Source: Adineta vaga
Taxonomy: Eukaryota; Animalia; Rotifera
Reading direction: 5' to 3'
Length of the DNA stretch: 64,000 bases
Assembly (NCBI GenBank): GCA_021613535.1
Contig: CP075497.1
Coordinates: 11,036,001-11,100,000, forward strand
The notes beneath the pieces were generated by a model. It was not told where the DNA came from and did no database searches. It saw nothing but the letters and a program-made list of their open reading frames with translations. Of this stretch, positions 50,882-62,122 are shown in pieces (the first letter of the stretch is position 1; every line of letters starts with the position of its first letter). Both the position numbers and the translations under genes were made by a program.

Positions 50882-51975
50882 TATTCTTTGATCAAATCAA
50901 CTCGAATGTCTAATTACAAGTTAGAACAGGAAACATCCAACGGTGAACGACGTATTATTCGCTTGAAAGAATTTCAACTAATTTTCAAAAGAACTCGTAC
51001 TTTTTTTCTTTCTTTCTTTCTTTCCCGATCATTACATCGAATTAGAAAATAAAACTGAAGAAGACAGTTGTCTTTCTTGTTCTATCTACATATGTTTTTC
51101 TTTTCTCTATCATTGGGACAGTTGGTTTGCTCACCAGGACAAGTGAAACAACTCTATAGATTGGAAGAGAAATAGACGAACAGCTTAAGTGTGTCAAAGA
51201 GGTTCACTGAATATACTCAGCAGGCAATTGAATAGGAAAAAAACTAAATCAGCATGATCTAGACAAACAGAAATGGAACTAGAATTCGAAAAAAAAACAA
51301 ACAGTAAAAGAAAAATCTATATCATTTAGAATAATCAATGAACCGGTTTTGTCTCTATTATTATGTGTCTTTATTCAACTATAGATTTCTTCCAATTAGC
51401 TTGATGTTCATATCCGGACACGACACGATTCACTTTCCTTTTCTTTAACTTTGATTAGCATGAGATGTCAATGCGCGAGACGATAGATTCATTGCTCTTT
51501 CATCGCCGTTGGGGGCCTTTCCCGACTTTCGTCTTCTTCTGTCAACTGAGAGTTTTGTTTCACTTACAAGACAATGTAAATAAAGAATCCGCAATCTAAT
51601 TTAATTAACAAAACTCTCTTGTCAAGAGAGAATTCGGTCAATTTGTTGAAGAGATAGAAGAAGAAGAAGGAGATGCTCAGAGCATCACATGTGTTCAACA
51701 ATTTCTTCTTGTCGTTTTAATATTTGCTGAACACTTGAGATTATTCACTTGATCAACGAAGATTATTTTTGATGCCATATTGAAACTTTCTTTTTCTTCG
51801 TTTCATTAGTTATTTCATTGGTTGACAGACATTTTTATGAACATTATAATTATTACAATAGCCAATAGGAAGTAAGAGCGAGTCTATCTTTTCCGGAAGA
51901 AAGAGAGAGAGAGAGAAAGAAAAAGAAGAAGAAGAAAAAGAAAAGCAAATAACAAGTATCTATTCATTCGTGAGG

Positions 51976-53785
51976 ATGGATGACGAAAGTGCTACTAATC
52001 AAGTACATACTAACAAGGTACGAAAAAGGAAAATCTTCAGATCAATTCTTTATTTGATTAATTTCCTCTTTAGTTAACTCAATTACTTTTACTTGATGAT
52101 ATTAAAAATGAAAAGGTAAATTTCTATTCTAACTTTTCTATTTTACTTCTTTGATTTTTTTATTGAAGATCTTTGAAACAAGTGATGAGGATCAAAATCT
52201 CTGTCATACATGTAATGCTTGTAAAAATCCTATAATTGATCAATTTTATTTACGTGTTGGTTCGAAAATCTATCATGAATCATGTTTACAATGTGCTGTT
52301 TGTCAAATAGCACTCGATAAACAACAAACATGTTTTCTTAAAGGTTTACAAATCCTATGTCGACAAGATTATTACAAGTAAATGAAAAATTGTTAAGAAA
52401 ATTATCAATTGATTTGTTTTTGTATTTTGAGAAGACATTTCGGAAATAAATGTTCGAAATGCGGTCGACTTATTCAGCCAAGTGATTGGGTTCGTCGAGC
52501 GCGTGAACATGTTTATCATTTAGCTTGTTTTGCATGTAATACATGTAAACGACAATTATCCACAGGCGAAGAATTCGCTTTACAAAGTAGTCATGTTCTA
52601 TGTAAAACACATTTTATTGATCCAAATGAAACAAATGATGGTAAAGATGGTAAGAAAATATTTGAATTTGTGTTGAAAGAAAGAGAAAATTTTGTGTTTC
52701 ATAGATACAAAACAAGGAAAAGCAAAACGAGTGCGAACGACATTTACCGAAGAACAGCTGCAGATTTTACAAGCGAATTTCGAAGTCGATTCTAATCCAG
52801 ACGGACAAGATCTTGAACGTATTGCACAGATAACAGGTATGAAATATTTATTTATAAAAGAAAAATAATAATCATCATCGAAAGAGCGAGATGGAAAATA
52901 GCGATGAGAAGAGTTGAATGTAAATATGAGCTTTTGTATGATTTCAAATACTATTTACAAAGATGTCTTTTGGACAAGTTTATCCAATCGATCTTTGTGA
53001 TAGTATTTGAAATTTATAAAATATATATCGATTTTATTCATACTGAGAATTCTTGTTGATTATATTGCTCTCGATTTGTATGATGATGATGATGATGATG
53101 ATGTTCGTGCTATTTAATATCGCCTCTTTCATGTGATGTGTTCTAGGATTAAGTAAACGGGTGATTCAAGTATGGTTTCAAAATACTCGAGCTCGCCAGA
53201 AGAAGGTACGCGATCGAAAAGCTCCGCACGAACATCATCTTCATTCTCAGCCGCATCATTGTTATATTTCACAAGAAACAAATCATCGAAGACGAAATAC
53301 ACGTAGCACTAGCAGCAGTTCCAATTCCAACAAAAGTGGTGATAGTGCGTGATTTTCTTATTTTCATTTTCTTTTTTTTATCAACTTACATATCAAATAA
53401 CAAAACTTCTCTATTCTATTAATTATTATTGATTTGATTTTCTTCTCTTACTCAATAGCTTTAACAAAACGAACAACACAAATCTGGTTTCAAAATGCTC
53501 GTGCTCGAATAAAAAAGAAACCATGTGCGACTACAAGTTCGCCACCTACCTATGCTGCATTAACAAATAATAATCTTAATATTGTTGATACACTTCATCT
53601 TTCTACAGGTAAATACGTTTATTTTCTATTTGCATTAATGAATCATTTGCTTTTGTTTAGAACAACATTTAGACCCAAAAATGACTCAACATATGCAATG
53701 GTCACCGTCACAAACATCACCCGCGTCATCATTGATTTACGATGGTGAAAATAGCAATGATGAATATTCAACTGGATACATTTAA
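51976..53785 (+). CDS. Awh: LIM-homeobox protein Arrowhead (Lhx6/8 class) with two alternative 3' ends
   Basis: Two LIM domains ([29 protein letters not shown]); homeodomain [33 protein letters not shown]; helix 3 in exon 53147-53352 or in exon 53459-53608 (followed by 53661-53785). Confidence 0.94.
53080..53103 (+). repeat. (ATG)8 microsatellite in the Awh intron
   Basis: Direct reading of atgatgatg... tract. Confidence 0.85.
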
Positions 53786-53979
53786 ATATTTATCTGAGAA
53801 CATGAATCACCTGTGTAGGATAGTTTTGAAAGAAGAATTACGTTCGTTTCTTTTTTTTCTCTCTCTCTCTCATTGTTTCTTATCTAACAGTCAATATTTT
53901 TTGTTGTCCTTGTATAAATCTTGATGTTTTAACCGGATAAATTCAATATAACGAAGAAAATAAAAAAAAGAAGTTAGAT

Positions 53980-54996
53980 ATGAGTACGAAAAAAAGTGCC
54001 GTTTGTTATCTTACACGAATACCAGACTCGGAAACCATTGAATTTGCTGAACAACTTGCACGTGATTCACGTTTAACATCCAATGTTGATATTTATATTA
54101 TGATCGATGATAATAATTATCAAATTCCAAAAAATTCATCGATTCATTTTATTCAAATTAATAATCAAGAATGTATTGCAAATGGTTATCATTCATCAAA
54201 TAAAATTGAAATGAATAAAGATTGTATTTCTTGGGATAAAGCAATCTATTATTTTTGTCAAGTCAAAAAATTAGATTATTCATTTGTTTGGTTGATTGAA
54301 GATGATACATTTATTCCATCAGTCGATGCTTTCGTTTTTCTACATGAAAAATATTCGAAAGATGGTTGTGGAGATTTAATTTGTCAGAAAAATGATGAAA
54401 ATCTTCATGGAAATACGTCGGGATGGAAATGGGCGGATGTAGTCGGTAAATTTCAACCACCATGGTATCATTCGATGGTTTGTGCAATTGGTTGTAGTCG
54501 AAAATTATTAGATGGAATTGCAACTTATGCTCAACAACGACATTTTCTTCCATTTATTGAATATATGTTCAATACAATAGCAATGCAAAATCATTTGAAA
54601 GTAGTTAATCCTCCTGAATTGAATACAATTGTCTTTCGAGAAAATTGGACATGGGAACATGTTCAACAAAGACCAAATAATTGGTTTCATCCTTTCAAAA
54701 ATGAACATATTAGACGAGAAAATCGTTTAAAGTTAGTAGTTTCATGAATATTATCAATTCATATTTTATTTTATTAAATTTTAAATAGAATCGCGAATGC
54801 ATGGCAACCTCCTTCACAAAATATGGATTATACAGCAAATGTAGGATATCAAAACAATATGCAATATCAAGGAGGGCAAATGCCTCAATATCCGTACTTT
54901 ATGCCACCTTCCCAAGGTGCAATGTCAAGCAGTGGAAATGTTATAACATCTTTAGTTTATCCACCGAATATACCTCCACCATATCCAAAACACTAA
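53980..54996 (+). CDS. GT-A-like putative glycosyltransferase (non-metazoan-looking) with spliced Pro/Gln/Tyr-rich tail
   Basis: YIMIDD, SWDKAIYYF, YSFVWLIEDDTFI (DxD-like), HPFK. Intron 54732-54788 (aa|gttagt...aatag|a) joins in frame to IANAWQPP...PPNIPPPYPKH*. Confidence 0.7.
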
Positions 54997-56048
54997 TTTA
55001 CATATTTGTTCCTTCTTAATGAATAAAATCAAGCGCAAAGTTTTATTTCTAGCATCTGTTACTGTATTCAATGCAGAGAAATTAATTCAATTATATAAAT
55101 AGAATTTTTATTTTTAGGAAAAATATAATTGTATTAGTAATAGAATTGATTTGAATAAATAGAATAAAAGAACATAATAACGTATACAAAAACCAGAGTA
55201 AAATTCAATGATAGTCACTATCAAAGAAACAAGACGTATCAATGAATTTTATTGTTATGATTTTCGACTACAAATTTAATTATCAAACGATAAAATGAGA
55301 ATGAAAACATACGTTTTTGTGTAATATCATTCAGTAAAAACGTTATTATTTTGTATCAAGGTATACGATCGTCTGCCATTCATCTTAGAATACACCAAAT
55401 ATATTTTAGATGATATTCACATTTCAAACATGCTTTTCAAATTCAGTACAAACCGATATATTCATCATAAATTGTATGTCTAATGTACAAAAGTGTCCAT
55501 GACCTTTTTATACAATAATATAGGTTACTTTTGTTTTCATTCTGTAGCTCATGATACAAAAAACATCAATATAATGATAAATCATAATTATAAAAAAATG
55601 CGCTAACATTAATGTATATTGTTTTTTCGATTGGAGAAACTTCGACACTGACCTGTATAAAATAGAGCAATGACATAGTTAAGTACATATTTAGAGAGAG
55701 GAACATGTTTTTGATGGGACAATATTACATCACGAAGATGCTTATGCTTCGTTACAGTCTGACGATTTGTAATTATAACATAAAAAACATAGAAAAAAAA
55801 GGTGAAATACCTTTTTCTTTCTTGCTGTTCGATTGCAATCTTTCTAAATAAAACCTTTGGAAAAAAAAATCATGCATTCAACCGTTTAATTAAACTCATC
55901 TATTCATTACTCATAATCAAATATAAACAGTCAGGTGAAAAATTTCAAATATATTGTCATTAATATCAAAACACGAAAACATATCGGTTATATCTAACTT
56001 CTCCTTGGCCACTGAAAAAAACACAAGAAAACTGTTTGACGTCTGAAA

Positions 56049-58748
56049 ATGATCTTACCTATTATTTTGTTGTTTTCGATCTTTCTCACTATTAATGCAG
56101 AAGCAAGTAAGGGAGAACAATTCAAAATTCGTTTCATATTCAATCGAATTCTTTAGATTGTTCAATTCATAATCCATGTGGATCTCATGGATACTGTTCT
56201 GAATTGGATGACAATATTACATGTAGTTGTAAATATTGGTGGGAGGGACAATTTTGTGATCAACGTAAGTTTATTTCGTAAAGTTGTTTATCGCCACATC
56301 GAATGTATAATTTTTAGAATCTGCAAATGGTAAAGAAGTTATTATACTTGGTTCATTAACTGCAGCTCTAATATTTATATTTTATGCTTTGAAAATTGGT
56401 CGAATAATATATTTGAAAAGTAAAGCGCCAAAAAAAGAAAAAGTCAAGTAATTTGTTCATTAAACTGTTCGTCTTTTTTCTATTTCAATCAATATTCTAG
56501 AGAAATATCAACTTATCCGAAACTTAAGAATGTATTCGTTACATATGTCAAACAAACGTATCCTTTAAAATCTCTCGGCATTGCTCTTCTGGTCATTATT
56601 ATTGCTGCAGCGACTCTTCTAATTAAATGGAGTTTATTGAAAAAAATTCACAATGAAGTTATTGATAAATATCGAAACAACGAAGGAATCTATTTTACAA
56701 GTGCATCGGTTTGTGAAGTATTCAACGTCGAATATATTAATCTTATAACATTTCCTGTAGCTGTTTTCGTCATTCTTGTATGTATTGTTGTTAATCAACG
56801 AGCATCATTTATGCGTGATAAATGTAAGGGTTACGGTGCACCACCCATGCCATTAGATTTTTTCTCTCATATCGATCGGAAATTTTCCATGGTTGTCTTT
56901 GCTCTTATTGCTAATGATTTATTAGAAATTTTAAATGGAGATAGTAATACAAAGGGTAGAGACATTGGTATTCTGATGAAATTTGTATTACGTATTTTTA
57001 AAGTCTTATTGATGGGTTTTCGATTTTATCCAATTTTAGCTGGTGTTTATATTAATTCAATAATTACATTAGTAGTTGCGACACTTTATTTTTGGCTTCA
57101 TCATTCAATAACAACTGTGGAACATGGAATGTGTACACCGGTTTTCTATCCCAATCATGATGATTTTGTAGCCGGGATAGATAAGATCTATACATTTTTA
57201 AAATATTTTGGTGATGGAAACGCACTCTTAACATTTGAAATATGTATTGATATTCCCAAGGCATTATGTTTAAGTTATATTACAGTCAAACTTCCGTTGA
57301 TGTTAATAAAAAAAATTCGTGAACACCGAAATAAGAACACTTCGACCGAAAGAAAAATGTGTGATTTATTAACAAGAGAAGAAAGTAATTTCTTACGTTC
57401 ATCCAGATTCAATAGAAATGCTTTATGTACGTAACCTATTTCGTTCAGCTCATGAACGACCACGAAGTCAAACATTATTTGGTCGATTAATACCCAAACG
57501 TATATACGAATGGCGAGATGATTTTCTACATTCTGCACGTGTTCTATGTATTTATTCATCAATATATCTACTACTTTTCTTCGTTACAATTCGATTCAGT
57601 ATAAAAATTATTCCCAAACTCGATACTTTCCAAGATAAAATTCAAAGTACCTTGAATACGATGTTTGGAGCAGGTGAATCATTAGATGATGCAGTAGAAG
57701 AAGAAAAGGCCGATCCAGTTCCCGTATCTTTACCACTACCAGATTTAGTAAATACCTATGCTTTTGCAGTTGCATTAACATTGACAATAATGATTATTCA
57801 ATTAACAATTTTATTAGCTAATATTCGTCGAAATCTATTGCAAGCATTTCGTGGTGATGATAGTGAAATACCACGACGACATCGAGCGAATTATTTAAAT
57901 TACGCACTTGGAAATTTTCATTTTGCTGGTTACTTTATTGGTTTCTTAGTTTGGGGTTTTGCTATTATTGCTATATTTTCGACGATTATTTCTGCATTTG
58001 TTGGTGCATTATTTATATTTGATAAAGTTAAAATCATGGAACTTATTATTACATCCGTCACACCACCTTTGTTATTGTTTCTTTTTAAAAAATATTTAAA
58101 TTTATTTCTTGCACAATATGTTTTCTTACAAGATTTCGGCGATGTCTTAGCAATGGATAATCGTCGATTTCTGATGATTTTCTTATATTTTAATTTCTAC
58201 CTCGATGCATTTCTCGGTTTGATTTCGTCAATTTTTCGTTTGATCTTCAGTGTTATTGGTGGAATTATCTATATGTGTCGATTAGATTACTCAACTTTAG
58301 GTCGAAAATTAGAAATGTTCGATGGTGGTTTCAATGCGTATTATGGTTTTATACATACAGAATGTACGCATCACATCCGGTTATGTTAGTCTTTGCTTCA
58401 CATTTATATAATGAAGTTAAAAAGAAACAATATATCGCATCTCATGATAGTGAAGTTCCTATCGAACCAATTGAAGAAAAAGCAGTACAACAAAGAAAAT
58501 CTTCGCGATATCTTCGTAAATGGAGATTAGCTGCTTATCTTGTTCGAAATCCAGCGATTGTCTTTTTTCGAAAAACATTTTTGAAAAAATTAACTCTCGA
58601 TGATCTTCGAGCAATCAATGATCATGATAATGATAAAAATATCAATGTACATCGAGGAGCGGTATTCTATACACGTCAAATGGCAGCTCAAAATCCAGAT
58701 TTTATACAAAGTATTGATTCAACTCAAATACTAATTCAACGATTTTAA
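56049..58748 (+). CDS. STRA6-like multi-pass membrane protein with N-terminal signal peptide and EGF domain; two apparent frameshifts
   Basis: MILPIILLFSIFLTINAEA; EGF CSIHNPCGSHGYC...CSCKYWWEGQFCD; STRA6-type P.PLDFF, YVRNL, YEWRDDF..SARV, HFAGYFIGFLVWG, MDNRR, CRLDYS, FDGGF..Y, HPVMLVF, KWRLAAYLVRNP. Frame breaks at ~57402 and ~58372. Confidence 0.85.
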
Positions 58749-58857
58749 TGTACTAAACCTGTTTTCTATTTAACATAATAACATATGAAAATTTTTTGTT
58801 TTTATTTTATTACGTCAGAAATTACTATAAAACAATCAAATATAATCGAAATCTTTT

Positions 58858-59811
58858 TTATTCCGAAACAAGAGTTCGATTTCGAATTACTTTTGATCGA
58901 ACAGATTCATTACATGGATCGGGTAATGCTTGAAGAATTTCATCAGAATTTTGTGTAGATTGACTGGATGATAATAAAAATGAATTGAGAAACTCTCGTG
59001 CATTACCATTATTAAAATGATGAAAATGATAATCGATTTTATCCGAAAACTGTTTTATACTTGATAGATTTCTATCACCAATTTGAATGATATGTCCACT
59101 AATTTCCAATTGTTTCGTACAATTTTTTACAAAATTAATAAACTGTTGTTGATTTCCACTCGAACTAAAATCATCACCGCCATCGGTTAGAATATAAAGA
59201 CATTGTGCAGTAGAACGAAGAGTTATTTGATTTAAATTTTCGAATTTTTCTAAACCAAAACGAATTGCATCAAATAGAGCAGTATGTTTACCATTAGGTC
59301 GAAGTTCATCTAACATATCAATATGTTCTTGACGAGCCGTTTCAAATGCAAATCGTTCGATTGGATTAGTATCAAATGTTACTAATGAAATTTGATGAGT
59401 AGTTGAATTCCATCTAAATTAAAATGATAGAATCTTTTTTAAATGAACAATCTTTTACCGTTTTAGAAAAACATCTTTCAGAAATTGAATCGCCGTTTGA
59501 AATCGACTGACACCAAATAGGCTAATATACCAATCGGAATACCACATTGATGAACTTGTATCAAGAAGAAAAATTTCATAGGTATATTTTGTTGTTTGTA
59601 TTTGATGATCAATAAGATTTTTCAATTTTATATTCGATAACAAAGAATTTTCAAATACAGGCGCATTACATGGCACTATTGGACAGGTGGAATATTGAAG
59701 AATACATTCACGATCAAAGGAATGACCACATGGTGAAAGAAGAATTGGATTTGTATAAATATTACCACAGAGAGAACATATTAAATCAGAATTATTAATT
59801 ATCTTTGTCAT
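58858..59811 (-). CDS. RING/U-box-like + von Willebrand A domain protein (putative E3 ligase)
   Basis: CSLC...PILLSPCGHSFDRECI....CP; VWA FLLDTSSSM (MIDAS DxSxS), TALFDAI, YILTDGGD; 45-bp intron 59414-59458 keeps the frame. Confidence 0.85.
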
Positions 59812-62122
59812 TCTATGTTGGCTAGTATCAACACCCTTCTTTTATTTAAATAAAAAAATAAACTGAATATCATTTTTATGAGTCATGCATTGTTAAAAAT
59901 TCTGTCGTCGAATATTTATCCTTTATTTTGAGAGACATCTGGTTGGTCTTTTTTATCAAATTATAATAAAAACTTCAAACTAACTCTAAGCAATACGTAA
60001 ACAATGGAGTAGTCGGTATTTTACACCAATCGGCAAACAAGATTTCGTAAGTAACGAATGATAATAATTTCCGTAGTTTTGAAATCGTTTGAAACAAGAA
60101 ATGACATTAAATTTACTATTCTTTCGTTGTTCTAAATATGACTTTAAGAAGAGATTAAACCTGTCAGTTCTGTTATGATGAGTATTTGAATGAAAAATAT
60201 CTTTAGTGATTAGTCAAATTATTAGACCGTAATAATGAATCAAAGCATACAAACGAAATGAATAAAGGTGAATATTACAGCATAGTTATTTCCATCGGAC
60301 AAAAGTTTTATATACTTTAAATAAATTCTGTTTATTAAATGAAGTTAAAATGTTACCATTGTTGGGAATATTTAGTTCACTTCCGATGCCGTTGAGGCCG
60401 TTCTAGTCGATTGGTAATGGTTGTTCACAAAATCAAGAGAATTTTTGATAGCCTTAGAATAATTATTGACGAATTCACTGATTTTATTCTTATGAAATAG
60501 GATATCAATAGAAAAGAAGATTGATTCTACTCATTGAACTATTATTTTTATTATTTATTGTCTTTAATTTGTCGATGAGTAATATATTCTAAAATCTCTC
60601 AGAGTGTGCGATTGTTTTTATCTAGTATTTACTTAATGAATATGTTCAATATGTCTTTTCACTTATGTTCTATTATAAACTATTAATTATGTACAGTAGA
60701 ATTTAAATACTATACTGATTCTGTTTTATTATCAATCGTTTTTCGATAGTACACTCGAATGAATACAAGGACGAATAAAATGTTCTTTTCGTATGATAAT
60801 ATTAAGAATAGACGAGACTATTCGTAAAAATCATTAATCACATTGTGAAAACAATACCAAACATAGTTTTATCATAATTGACAGATAATTCCCATGATAC
60901 ATTATTGGTTTTATGTTGTTTCGTTATTTTTCATAGAATTCGATCTTGAAAATCGTTGATAGTTAACCATATCAATATAGAATTACCTATTCATTGCATC
61001 TGTCAACACTTTAATTTTAGAAGAACCTACGCTTATTCTTTCATCATAAACATTTCTTTAAGAAATCCTCCTTCGTCCACTAATCGTCTCACGTAAATAA
61101 TCGATTCACTGTTTTAAATCATTATCAAACAAGAATGAATAGATGTAAGAGACATACCAAGAACTTCCTATTGTTTTCAATGATATTTTTCTTTAACTAA
61201 TTTTTATCTGGAATAAAAAGAATACGTTTTCTTTTTCGACAAGCGACAATTTGATTACTGTCATAGCATGTTTGTGAAATACGGATCATTCTCGAACAAA
61301 CTTACATCCGCATATACTATATTTTATTCTTATTAATTCTCTTCCTGTTACTAAAAACATCGAAAGACGAGAGAAAGAAGAAGAACTGAGCCGTCATCTA
61401 TCAGAGCACGGATTATTCACAACTGACAAGTAAATAGATAGAAAATGACTTTTCTTATAATTAATTTCTCCCATAGTAATGTTTGTCGTAGATCTAATAG
61501 TATTACATATATTTTCTTCTATATTCAGTTGAAAGCATCGTTGCAACTTATTTCCGTCATTGATAAACAACATACCTTGTATTCAGTCGATTCTCAAGGT
61601 TATTTCAAACAATGTAAGTGCAGTTAACCAAAAAATGAATATAAACAACCATCCTTCTTTTACCTTGCATATTATTCGAATGAAAGAGTTTTTCTTAATA
61701 AGCTAGCACACAATTTTTTTGCTTGTCGACGTTATTTCTTTTGTTGATCACCAAAGGGGGAAACGACAGTGCATTGAGAAATTGCAGATGCATAGACAAA
61801 CATAATAGGAACTAGAAAAAATACGAACAGGCAATAAAAAATGAGAAACTATAGAATAAGAAAGAAAATCAGTCTTGATTGACAACGTGGAAAAAGCAAA
61901 GCATGTTGTTTCTTTTCTGACGATACCCAAATACATTGAAGGAAATTCTCCTCAATGAAAAAAAATAGAAAGCAAAGAAGAATACTAAGTGTCATGGATA
62001 AAATCTCAAAGTAGGGCGTGAAAAGGCGTTAATATACTTTTCTTTTTCTTCGTCTATGAATTGATCATGAAAATATCTTTTCATTATTTGCTTTCAGTAT
62101 TTATGAATAATATGTTTTAAGC

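Noticed and set aside
59900-62000. Long intergenic stretches (also 18700-19800, 21000-22500) as possible ncRNA or mobile elements
   Set aside because: No tRNA/rRNA, transposase, reverse transcriptase or clear repeat could be recognised by eye.
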